From the NCBI GenBank assembly GCA_963575745.1, contig CAUYUJ010000041.1, positions 1-64,000 of the forward strand: DNA of 64,000 bases. The letters run 5' to 3'. This DNA is from Prorocentrum cordatum. Taxonomy: Eukaryota. Positions within the stretch are counted from its first letter, which is position 1, and every line of letters starts with the position of its first letter. A program made the position numbers and the translations under genes. Shown piece by piece: positions 35,301-47,300 of the stretch. The notes under the pieces are model-generated. The model was not told the DNA's origin. It worked only from the letters and a program-made list of their open reading frames with translations, and made no database searches.

Positions 35301-38300
35301 ACGTCGGCCGCGCGCCCGCGGCGTCGCTGCTGCTGTCCTTCGCCGTCTACGAGCTTCGGGAGCCTCGTCGAGGGGGCCAATCCTCCCAAGGTTGGGGCGC
35401 GCATCAAGGAGCAAGATGATCAGAGGGGGGGGAAGGTAGCCACAGTCTTGCCCTTGTCTTGCTTTTCCCCTCTTTGGGCCTCCTGGGAGGCCCTCGTCGC
35501 CACGGCTTGATTCGCCTCGAAGTCCTGGTCAGAATGCACCTCTTGAGAGGTTCGGGGAGTAGCTGTATCAGTACCCTTCTGTTTTTCTATTAGGTTGGGA
35601 CGTGCATCAAGGAACCATATGCGCGGCGCAAGAGAATGTGCTCGGCTGCACCAGCATTGGCGCGTAAGCTCCCCGCGTAGATTCACTGTGAACTCTCGCG
35701 TAGTTCCCGTTCCTTTTGGTCGCTCAGAGGCTTTTTGTTGTCAGGGTCAGGGCTCGAGCTAACTTGCATTCTGGCGATATTTGTTGTGGACCGTTTTCGT
35801 GTCTTGACGTCGCTTCCAGGCAAAAGGGCGGAGCGAAGGCAGAACACGAGGGAGGCCGAACACATATCGACACCAAGCACCGTTCAGCTCGAGCTCGTCG
35901 CTGCGCGCGCTGCGCAGAGACTCCCCGCTTGCCTTCAGGAGGCTGGTGCCTCCTCCTCATCCTCCTCCTCCTCCTCCCACTCCCCCTCTTCCTCATCCAT
36001 CCCTTTTCCTTATCCATAACTTATCACTGTCGCACCCCGAGGCAAGTTGTTAGGGCGGGCAGGGCGTTTCGCCTGAGACTTCCTCACACCATTTACGACT
36101 CTGAAGCTGAACACATTGCAACCGTTTCACATATGGAGGGCGGTTGTTTTTTTCGGATTGAGGGCGGTTCGTTTTCAAAATGTGGGTCTCGCCTTAGTGC
36201 CGCGCGCATTCGTTCTACCAAGTGCCAGAGTTTCACGGACTCCCATGGTCAACGTACCAAAAAAGGTGTTTCTGGCACGATCCAGGATCGTCAAGACGCA
36301 ACAGTCAGGTTGATCCGTGGCGTTGTAATCCCGAAGCCATGTTTGGCATGCTTCCAGGTCTTCAAGCGGTTGTCTATCCCTCAATGGAAATGAACCGTTG
36401 TAGGGACCTTTCGAGAGGGAGCTTGGAGGGAGGGTGTATTCAACATCGTTGATGGCTTTTGGGTTTACACTGGTCCTCTTCCTCCTCTTCCTACTCCTCC
36501 TCCTCCACCTCCTCCTCCTCCTCTTCAACCTCGTCCTCCTCCTCCTCCTCCTCCTCCTCCTCCTCCTCCTCCTCCTCCTCCCCCTCCTCCTCCCCCTCCC
36601 CCTCCCAGTGACACCTCACGAACGATTTTCTTGTGTTGGATCTTCTGCAAGGGGCTCCTCACAGCCGCGTCCGCATTGTACACACAGTCAGCTCGCATAG
36701 CAAGGATGAGCGACTTTCCAAGGTTACCCCTTGCATCCTGCCCCTTCGGCCTGTCCTTGCCCCTTCGAACCCAGCCAGATGCTCACGTTTCCTTTTTCCA
36801 GGGGCCGCTGATGACAGATGCGTCCTTTCACCCCACCTTTCAGCGATCCTTTCGACTGCTCCGATTCGATTCGGTTCGATTTCGATGTCTCCCGATTCCG
36901 ATTCGATTCGGCTTCGGATTCCGAGTTCTCAACTGAGGTTTGCTAGCTTGCCGATTTCCGCCGATTCGGTTTCTCCCGCCTTGGCTGCCGATTTCCGCAG
37001 ATCCGAGTCATTTCGATCGCCGATCCGACTGATCGATTCTAGGGGAACGAAGAATGACATGAACACAAAAACTCTAATACCCGCGCGGATTTCTCGGATC
37101 GGCGCTGGACCCCCCTCCCCGGCGCGCGGAGCGCGCCAGGGGCGGCGCCGGAGGCGCCGCGAGGGGGGTCCAGCGCGAATCCGAGAAATCCGCGCGGACC
37201 TCCGAGCTTTTATGTTGATGTCATTTTTCGTTACCCTAGATTCGATTCTGAGCTCTCCTGCCTAGGGAGGCCTCCCGTGCCCCACCTCCACGTCCTCCCG
37301 GCGAGCCTGCGCTGCTGGACGCGTCGGAGGCCGTCATCTTGCTGCTCGCCACGTCCATGGTCGCGTGCGGGGCGTGGTTCTCCACGGCCGACCTGCGGCG
37401 GGGCTCCCCGCTGGCGCCGAGGCACGACGAGGAGGTCTCGAGAAAAATCGGAAGAACAATCGCCATAAACATACAAAAACGTTAGGCGCTCCGCGCGGAT
37501 TTCTTGGATCTGCGCTGGACCCCTCGCCCTGGCGCGCGGAGCGTGCCAGGGGCCGCGCCAGGGAGAGGGGTCCAGCGCAGACCCGAGAAGTCCGCGCGGA
37601 GCGCCAAAACGCTTCTGCTTACTGCATTTTTTGGGAACAAAAAGCAAGAGAGAACCAAACGGAGGCCCGTGGGAGGCACGGCGAGGCGGCGCGGGGAGGC
37701 GCGGCGAGGCGGCGCGGGGCGGCTCGACGGGGCGGTGCGGGTAGGCCCGACAAAGGCGGCCCAGGGAGGCACAGCGGGCGCGACGGCATCAACATACAGT
37801 GGAGGCCCAGGCCAAGAGGGACCTCCCTCCTCCTCCCTCCTCCCTCCTCCTCCCTCCTCCTTCCTCCTCCTCCCTCCTCCTCCCTCCTCTTCCTCTTCCT
37901 CCTCCTTCTCCTCCTGCCCAGGGTCACTCTTACAGTGGGGACCCAGGCCAAGAAGGGCGCTGCTTGCCTCCAGGGTGCCCTGGGCTTCCTGAGTTTCGAT
38001 GGCTCTGCTGTGGAAGGCGTGACGATGTTCCCACACCAAAAGTCCGTGGACGCCCTGAGGTCTCAGGGTCGGGCCTCTCGTAGAAGGGTTCGTGTGGTCG
38101 AGCTCCTACTGTATACGCGTTCGGATCCCCGCGCGGATTTCTGGGACCTTCGCTGGAGCCCCGGAGGAGGAGGAGGAGGAGGAGGAGGAGGAGGAGGAGG
38201 AGGAGGAGGAGGAGGAGGAGGAGGGAGGAGGGAGGAGGGAGGAGGGCAAAGGGAGGGGAGGAGGGAGGAGGGAGGAAGGACGAGGCCGGAGGCAGAGGGA

Positions 38301-41300
38301 GGGAGGAGGGGGGAGGAGGGAGGAGGGAGGAGGGAGGAAGGAGGACTGAGGTGGGAGGTGGGAGGAGGGAGGAGGAGGAGGAGGAGGAGGAGGAGGTTGA
38401 GGAGGAGGAGGAGGAGGGATGAAGGAGGGAGGAGGGAGGAGGCAGGAGGGAGGAAGAGGGAGGAGGAGGGAGGAGGGAGGAGGGAGGAGGGAGGACTGAG
38501 GTGGGAGGAGGGAGGAGGGAGGAGGAGGAAAGGGAGGAGGAGGACGAGGAGGAGGAGGTTGATTGCGGCGCCTCGCGGTCGACGGGGGCCGAGAAGGCGG
38601 GCCGTCTCCACGGGCGCTCTTGTGGAGCGGCCGAGGTGGCCCAGCACGGGGCCGGACTCGGCCCCATGGAGGAGCGCTTCCTTTGGCCAGACTCGATGCT
38701 GTTGTGGATGACGATCCATGGAGAGGAGGCATATTGCCAAATGGTTCCCAGATGTCTAGGACATGTCTGGAACATGCTTCTGAATGCTTGGACCAGACTG
38801 AACACATGCATCAGTAATGCTGAATCATATTTAATCCACTGGCAGAACACTGAGAGTGCCCATTGTCATGGCATCCCAACGGTTATACGCAAGGGTGACC
38901 TTTCGCCGCAGTGACCTGATGCGGGCACAGATCGGAGCCCCAGATGGCCGCGCGCTCCAGTTCGGCCTCCCAGCGGCCCCCGAGCGTCGTACACCAAGAG
39001 GTCCCTCCTGCCCAGGGCCACTCTTACAGCGGGGGCCCAGGCCAAGAAGGACCCTGCTTTACTCCAGGGTGCTCTGGGTTTCCTGGGTTTCGATGGCTTT
39101 GCCGTGGAGAGCGCGACGTCCCCGCACCAAACATCGATGGACGTCCTGGGGTCGCAGGGAGGGGCTTCTTGCGGAAGGTTTCTTGTGGACGGGGCTCCAT
39201 TGTACGTGTAGCCGATGGAACGATCCCAGGCCTGCTCGCGTCGCTAGAAACTCAGGACGGGGGAGGTGCTTCGCAGTGTTAGGGCCCTGGGGTGCCCTCA
39301 CCGGGCCCCGGGACCGTCAACGGAGAACGACGCAGGATGAAGAACAGACATTGGGGAAAGGGTCGGGACTTCCAGGGGGCGCGCACAGAAAAAGTCAGGA
39401 CATCGAATGTTTGGCATTAGGGACCACTGCGTAAACACAAGTCGCTCTCCCAGCGCCGTAGCCTCGCCTTGTTACGAGCCAGCCCTTGTGGTTTGACCAG
39501 GCCTCTGCCTACGCCTGAGTACACAGAGGAAGTTGTCGGAGTTCCCTGGGGATCTCGGATCTACGCTGCCCCCCCCCTTCTGGGATTTGCGTTGGGGTCC
39601 AGCGCAGGTCCAAGGAACCCGCGGGGACCTCATAAAGTTTATGCTTGCTCAGTTTGTTCCCCTTCCAGAGGTCGTCGAGGTCAGTCACTCGGCGGCCATG
39701 GCCTTCTGCGTGTTCGGCAGCCTTATGCTCTGCGTGCTCTTCTTTCTGATGGAGCTCGGGGGAGGAAGGCATGAGGAGGATGAGGAGGAGGAGGAGGAGG
39801 AGGAGGAGGAGGAGGAGGAGGAGGAGAAGGAGGAGGAGGAGGAGGAGGGGGAGGGGGAGGGGGGTGGGGAGGAGGGGGAGGAAGAGGAGGAGGAGGAGGA
39901 GGAGGAGGAGGAGGAGGAGGAGGAGGAGGAGGAGGAGGAGGAGGAGAAAGAAGAGGAGGAGGAGGAGGAGGAGGAGGAAGAGGAGGTGTGCTGAGTGTGC
40001 TGACTACATGGGGCAAGGCCCCCTCTCCGCAGAGCGTCAGGCCTACCACTCGGCAGGCTCCTCAAAAAACTCGGGCTCCCCCCTCCCCAGGGACCTGGAG
40101 AAGTCCACCACGGCCGAGGGGGAATCAAAACCGTGCAACAAGGCGACCTGCCTATCGTCGAGCTGCGGCACGTTGGTGCCGTACTTGGCCCCGAAGGCCG
40201 TAGGAGCACGCATCGACTGAACGTCCCCACTGCCTGCCTCCTGCCCCCACGCGCCTCCAGCGAGGGAGGGGAAGCGGGAGGCCCAGGCCTCGACGTCGTC
40301 GCCTGTGGGGGCGCGGACGTCCGTGATCCGCGCCTTGAGGCGTCCTGGCATGAGCCCTCGGCGGAGAAGGGAACGCTGAGTCCGCAGACCAGGGGCCCCC
40401 CTCCCACGACACACCCTGTCCAGCCCCTCACCCGACCGAACAATCTTGTGCACCGAGGACCCACAAATTTTACAAAATAAAACATATGGCTCGGGCTCTG
40501 CCCCTTCGGCCAGGGGCACGACCGACGCCTTGACAACCGAGTGACTGTTGAGAGCCCATGGCGTCCCAAAGCACTCCTGAAGATCAGGGCCCTCCTCCCC
40601 ACCCGCAGCGGCAGCAGAAGGGGAGGCACGAGGGGGCGGCGGCGGCTGAGGAGGCGGCAAGGAGGCCGAGGACGCCGTTCCCCTGACAGGAACCACGCCT
40701 GGGACAGCCGCAAACGGCTCCACCCCCTCCTCACAAGCCGCATTGGCCAGGCACTCCCACTCGAAAGGGCTGAGCTCGAAGGTGATATCCGAGGTCCCAA
40801 CAACCCCCTCGGAGTCAACGAAGCCCCCATCAACCAACAACTGTTGGGCCCTCGCATGCCATCTCGAGACATCGTGGGCCATGGCCTCGACCCCCTGTAC
40901 AACGGCACGCTGCTGTGGGGGGACCGACCACCTTAAGGCACCTTTTTCGCCCAGCGGTCCGCCATCTGTTTGCCGAGGATCAGCCAATCATCTTCAAGGC
41001 TGGTGGCCGAGGAGCGCGCACGATGCGCCTTGACCTTGACAACTGTCGCTTGGTGGCCGATCCCCTCCCACCAGCGGACCCAACAGTGCCCTCTAGAATT
41101 CATGGGGTCGAGCGCCACGCCTGTATTCACCGCGCACTCAATCGACCCCGCACAGTCTGAGTAAACAGTGAAGGGATCTTCAGCATTCCACTCCGAGTAT
41201 TCAGCCAAGACTTGGAAGGCTCTGTCCTCTCCGTCTCGCGCCATTTGGTTGGGCGCGTAGCTGAGAGGGACGACTCCAAAGGCGCCTGCCGCCAGGCGTC

Positions 41301-44300
41301 CGCTCTCATTAATCTGGACAATGGACCACCCAGCACGAGAGAGTCCAGAAAACCGAGAGTTAAACGCGCTGCCGTCAACAAAAACTTTCCCCGAAAACTT
41401 CCAGCCCTCGGGAACCCCAATCCAGATCAATTGGTCCTCCAGGTTGGCCTCCTGAATAGGAAAGCAACGGGCTGGCGACGGGAACAGACAACGAGCAAAC
41501 ATGTCCACCACCCCTGGTGCCAGTGCGGTCACTTTTCTGGCAGCTGTCCGCACATGTGGCGGGCATTCCTCGCGCCTGTGAGCCTCGATGCACGGGCGCT
41601 CGTAGAACCGATGAAACAGAGTGCCCTGACCTCCGCAAATCAAGCATCGACCATGCTGGGCCTTGCCATGCCTAAAGAGCCGCGCTTGTGGCCAGTGGGA
41701 TCCACCCACCAAGCTCCTCAGCGCCGCCTTGCGATGCGGCGCCCAGGTGTCCGTGACACTGCGAGAGAGGAGGTGATTGAGAGGCCCCCAATGCAGAGCC
41801 CCCCGCCACTCCTTTTCGATCCTAGCCAGAGCAAGAACGTCTGAGGAAATCAGCGCAGCTTCCTTCGCACGCTCCGCTACGAAGCCTGGCGTGAATTCCA
41901 GCATGGAAAACTCGAGGCCCTGGAAGTCCAAGGAGAAGGCCGTGGGCGTAGCAATGCCAATGCGCGCCATGCAAAGCAGCACAACCTGACCGGGATCGAC
42001 ACAGTGAGCCCAGGGCTTGGCTTTGCCGAGGAGGTCCTTACCAGCCTCCTAGCAACCCTGCACGGGGCCACGCCCTGGAAGCTCCGAGAGGGCCGAAAGA
42101 GCCCATTGCTTCGCCACTTCCACAGCATGCACAACCCAGGGGTCCCTGAAGGAGCCTCTGGGGGACACACGCAATCGAAGGCCCACCGAGGTGCCTGCAG
42201 GGAGGCGGCCCTCCGCACGAAGGGCCGACACTCTCAAGTAACTTGTGGTCTGACAGGCCAGTGACCGCACTCCCCCGCACCGCCGTCGCCGTAGGAGACC
42301 CCCTCTGGATAGTGCTGACAGCAGCGCTTGCTGCTCTGAGCTGCTGAACTCCCGCCGAGACTCTCTTGTCCTTGGCGATTCGCTTATCTTGCTCCCCCAC
42401 CCTCCGAGCCGACCCGTCATTAGCGTCGGTGCCCAAGCACCTGGTCCCGATGAGTCGATCCTCATCGCCGAGAGACCACCAAGCGTTGAGCTGTGCTGCC
42501 AGCTCTGCAGAGGATGTTAAATAACCAGTCTTGTCCCAGTTGACCCGCAGCCGTTTCTCCTGGAGCCCTCGGACCAAGGCCATCATGGCCTCAGGAAGCT
42601 GGGAAAGAACCTGCTCAGCAGTGCCGAGCGCCTGAAGCAACACATCGCCTACTAGATTTTGAAACCTCACCGCGGGGAACCTGGCTTGCAACTTCACGAG
42701 TAGCGTGTGCACCAGCAGCTTTGCCAGCGCCAACGCGCAGCTGCATCCCGCAGCGACAGCCCCGTTGGCCTTCACCGCAGGCGCAACTGCTCCCTGCCAG
42801 ACAGCACGCCGAGGAAGCCTATACGCCGCGCAGAGGCCGCGAAGGAGGGCTAGCGGAAAACCAGTGTTGATGGCTTCCCTTCTGAGCTCCTCATGCGAGA
42901 TGTATTCGTAATATTTCGAGAGGTCCAGCAGCCCACTGGCAGCCGAAAACCCCTTCAGCCGAGCGAAGCGCTGTAACACATTGTCCACTAGCCCTGACCT
43001 GTCACAGGTGTGCCCCGCATCTCCCCAGAAGGCGGCATTCGCTAGAGACTTCTCCCAACGACGAGCAACGACCTGGCGACACCTCGACCACACCCGAGTC
43101 CAGAGGGAGAACAGGACGATGGGCTGCACACCTCCTGGGGGATTGGGCTTGCTTAGAAAGAAGACCAGAAGCGCCCAGAGATGTTGATCTTCTGGCGCTC
43201 TCTCCCACGCATGCAGGATGTCCAGGAAAGCCTGCCTATGCGAGCCTGGGAGGTATGTCATCTGTCTGGGGTGAAACTTATCCCACCCCAATCCTGCGTT
43301 GGCGGGGTAACTCTGGAGCACTCGGTCGAGCTGCTCTAGAGTGATCGGTGGGAGCTCGGCGTACGCGTCAAGCCTTCCAATCGGCGTTCCGCCATCCACG
43401 GGCCCCTGGAGGGCCCCCCCGCGGGCACAGGCTTCCACCGGCATCCGCGTCCCAAGTAGAGGGCCGAGAGAACTCCCAAGACGCAGGGTGCGGCTAGCAC
43501 TCCCGCTCATCGTTAACCCAAAGTGGGGTCCAGGTCTGCATGATCACCTCAAGGGCCTCTTGGCCAGCTACAGGAAGCGAAGGAGCGCTGGCTTCTGCCG
43601 CTGTCTCCATGACAGAGGGCTGCATAGAATCACGGACGAAGCGAAAGGCGCAGCTGCCACCGTTAAGAACCGCCGCCTGGGCCCACTCGCGCCAAGCTCC
43701 AGCTGCTTCGGCTCTCGAAGCCCTCTGGAGGTTGGCCATGTGTTGCCTCGCAGCTTCCATGAACTGCGAGGCCCTGGCCGAGTCCCCGTCAGCCCGAGAC
43801 GCGATTAAACCGACTAATTCCTGACGCGGGGTCTGGGCCCACTTGCTGAGCGACCCCGACACAGGCCACGTGTCAAGAACCATGCGGCTGACAACAGCCC
43901 TCTGTCTTCGCAGGGCCGCCAGCGACGGGCATCGGCGAGTTCTGGCAGCCGCGCCCAACTCCGACAAGCGATAGACCGCCGAATAAAACCTGGCCCAGGC
44001 TTTGTACTCACTACTAGGTTCATTCGCTGTCTTAAAACCCTCGGCGCGACCTCTCCAGGCACCTTGCGCCCAGTCTGACAGGTCATGAAACCCCGACAGA
44101 TAGGCTTCGGCATGACGAAACCAAGCAGCGCACGCCTCGCCGAGATCTCCAGGGAGTGCCTCTCCAATCGTCCAAGGCCACTCTTCGCCTGAAGCAATCT
44201 GTGGCGCAGGCCTCACAGGGGGCGGCTTGCAGATCGGAAACTTGAGCGGACAGACGGGGCGCGTCACGCGCGCCTGTCTCCCCAAGCCTCGGAGCCGAAC

Positions 44301-47300
44301 GTGTACAGGGATGTGCGTCTGCAGCGTCGAGCCCTCAATCGGCACCACCGCGTGGATGAAGCCAGACAGCACGCGCGAGCAGACGCCAAAGTCAGTCTCT
44401 CTGCCACCGCACGTTGGTGCACCCGTTGTCAACAGAATCGCTTGAGCGCGCAGGGCCCACTCCTGCACCTCCTCGGGCAGCATGTTGAAGTCCCCAAGCA
44501 CAATCCACGGCCCAGGCAGTGAACCGAGGTACTCCATGAGCTGCGTCAGAATGTCGATGTTCTGCTTGGTCAGGCCGATGCTCGTGACCAAATACAGGGA
44601 GACCACATGCAGCGGCACCGCCAAGCCCACGTTGAGGCGCACCGACTCCACTCTGTGCGATGGCAGCAACAGTTCATCCAGGACCCGTGGCTCTCTGCTG
44701 GCTGCCAATCTGCTGAGAACGCTCACACCTCCGCTCGATTGTAGAGGTCCGTCTCCCGTCGAGTCAGCCTTGCGCGCATACATGTAGTAGGTGCGCTTCA
44801 TGGCCCATCGAATGGCCGATTCCAGCTGAGGACCGCTCTTGATGCGATGCTCCTGCAAACAAAGCACATCAGGCAGGGCCTGATCAGCACCGGCATGGGC
44901 CCATTCTAGCAACGTCTGCGCCGACGTCCAGCTTGATGAATTGGCCGACCACAAACTTGTCCCATGCTGCACACCAGCATCCGTGCTCGCTCCAGCTCCA
45001 CATTGCTGAGGCTCCTCTTGCGCTCCACAACTGCCCCGCATGCGATCAAAGACGCTTGGGCTTCTTGGCAGCGCTGCCGAGGGCCTCCGGGAGCCGCTTG
45101 GCCTTGACAGGGTCGTCGACGTCCATTCCAGCCTCCTTGAGACAGGCCTGGATGGCGGGGTCCGCGGGGTCGAACTCAACGTCGACGTCCATGCCTCCTG
45201 CAGGTACGTCCACGCCAGAAGCAGCGGCGCCCCCAGCGCCAGCAGGAGGAGCATCAGGCTTAGCAGCGCTGGCTGCCTCAGCCGCCTTCTGCTTCTGCTC
45301 CTCCAGCTTCGCCGCTGTCTCTTTGGCCATCCCTGCCACGTCGACGCCGAAGTGCGCGCCCATCGCGTCCAACATTTTGCCGAAGTTCTCCAGCAGCTCG
45401 ATGCCGCTGTTGATGTCTCCGACCTTGGACTGGTCGGGGATGACAGCCTCCGCCTGCTTGACGGTGATGGCTGCCTTGATCTTCTTGAGGTTGCCTTCGT
45501 GCACTGCAAGTTGGGCGATCTGCTCTTCTGCGAACTTTCGGGCGGCCTCGAGTGCTGCTTCTGCCTCCTTGACTCGCTCCCGACTTGCATCAATCTGCTT
45601 CTGCTTCCGCGTCTCCCTGCCCAACAGGTCCTGGAGGGACTTCGAGCTGAGGTCTGCGGGTTGGGGCTCTTCCGACGCGGGTGGCTTCTCTGCGAATGCC
45701 ACCACGTCGTCCATAGACTTTCCCGAGTGCTTCTCAAAGGCACGGAGGATCTGGACAACGATCGCATTGTCAGGGGCCCGTTCCTTGTCCTTGCCTCCGC
45801 CGCCACCCTTGGAGCGGTTCGAGCCCCCTGGCTGGTCTCCGCCCCCTTTCGCACTGCGGGGCGGCCCACGCGCCCAGTCCCCCTGGAGGCGCTCTGCCCA
45901 TGGGGGAGAGTCCCCTGGCCTCCTCTGGGTGTTTTGGGCTCTGGGCGGGCCGATCTTTTCACATTCACGACAATGGGTTCGCCATATGAAGTTGGCATAC
46001 CGACAGCGGGAGTCGCTGCAGACCCAGGTTTGGAACTGCTTGCCTCCCACAGCATCGCGGCCAACGGACATGGGCGAGAAGAGGAAATCTTTTGGCTCGA
46101 GACAGCTGCGCCACTTCCAAGTGCGCTGCCTCAAAGGTTGTGCGTGTTCGAAACCTGGAAATGGCTAGGAGGAAGAGGAGGAGGAGGAGGAGGAGGAGGA
46201 GGAGGAGGAGGAGGAGGAGGAGGAGGAGGAGGGGGAGGGGGAGGAGGAGCGGGGGCCCCTCCCTCGTCGCCACGGCCTGATTCGCTGCGAGGTCCTGGTC
46301 AGAGCGCTTCCCTCCTCGAGCAGCGGCGAAGCCTCCAGACCCGCCTGTGCTCCCACCACAGAGTGTTCAAAGAGCCTCTTGTGGTCTGCACGACATGTCA
46401 CCTGACCCTTTCTCGGGGAGACCGTCCTGCTTAAAAACTCAGAGGAGGAATAGGGATCCATATCGCTACCCTTGCCTAGGTTTTCCCTCTGTGGGGCCTC
46501 CTGGGAGGTCCTCGTCACCACCGCTGGATTCGCCTCAACATTCTGGTCAGAGCGCACACTTGGAGAAGTGACGTGGAGTAGCGGTATCTGTACATGTTGG
46601 TCTCCCCAAGGGCATCGGCTTGCACACCGACCTCTTGCTCTAAGGACATGCCGTGGTGGACTTATCGGAATGCCGGGGCGGTCGGTCATTGCTCAACCTT
46701 CCCTTCCCAGGAGTACCTGATCTGGGTGGTCCTGTTTGGCTTCTGCGTCGGGGGCGGGCAGTGCCTCGCCCAGTTCGGGGCCATGATCCTGACCTACTCG
46801 TGCCCGCGGCTGCAGGCACACGCACTGACGCTGCCGTTTTTTGGTCGCGCCAGCCGCGCGGAGCTCATCTCCGCGGCGGCTGCGGCCGCCGTCGTCGTGG
46901 CCTGGTTCTGCTCGCGGGACAGTGCTTACAGCTGGCCTCTGCAGGAGCCGAAGAAGAGCAAATCTGCGTTACCAGAAATTTTGCTCCGAGCACCCCCCAC
47001 CCGAGAGCACGACGCAGAGGGATTTGAATGCTGCGCCCCCCTCACAAGCTTCCGGCTGGGAATAAACTCGTCATTCCCCTCGTCACTCCTTTCCTCGTGC
47101 TTCTCGCTCTCTCTCCTCGCCTCCTCCTCGTGCTCCCCTCCTCGTTCTCCTCGGTGGTGGCCTCAGCAGTGCCCGCCGCGGAGGGATAATCATAAGACAG
47201 CTCGCCGCTTGGGCCCCACCGCCAGGCCAGGCGGGGAACATACATCGGGCGTAGCCTCGCACGGATTCGAATGTTCACATTCCGTCCTCGTAGTATTCGT

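Larger units (their letters stand above)
39987..46166 (-). mobile_element. Non-LTR retrotransposon (LINE), apparently full length, decayed
   Basis: ORF1 plus APE-RT-RNase H ORF2. TSD AGGAGGAAGAGGAGG at 39972-39986 and 46167-46181. The 3' end carries TCAGCACAC x2. Confidence 0.92.

Noticed and set aside
36020..36470. Lower-GC unique segments (also 38690-38900 and 49170-49600) as gene or retroelement fragments
   Set aside because: No motif I could identify; frames are short or interrupted.
44933..46434. Plus-strand 411-aa and 464-aa ORFs
   Set aside because: Antisense shadows of GC-rich LINE ORF1.
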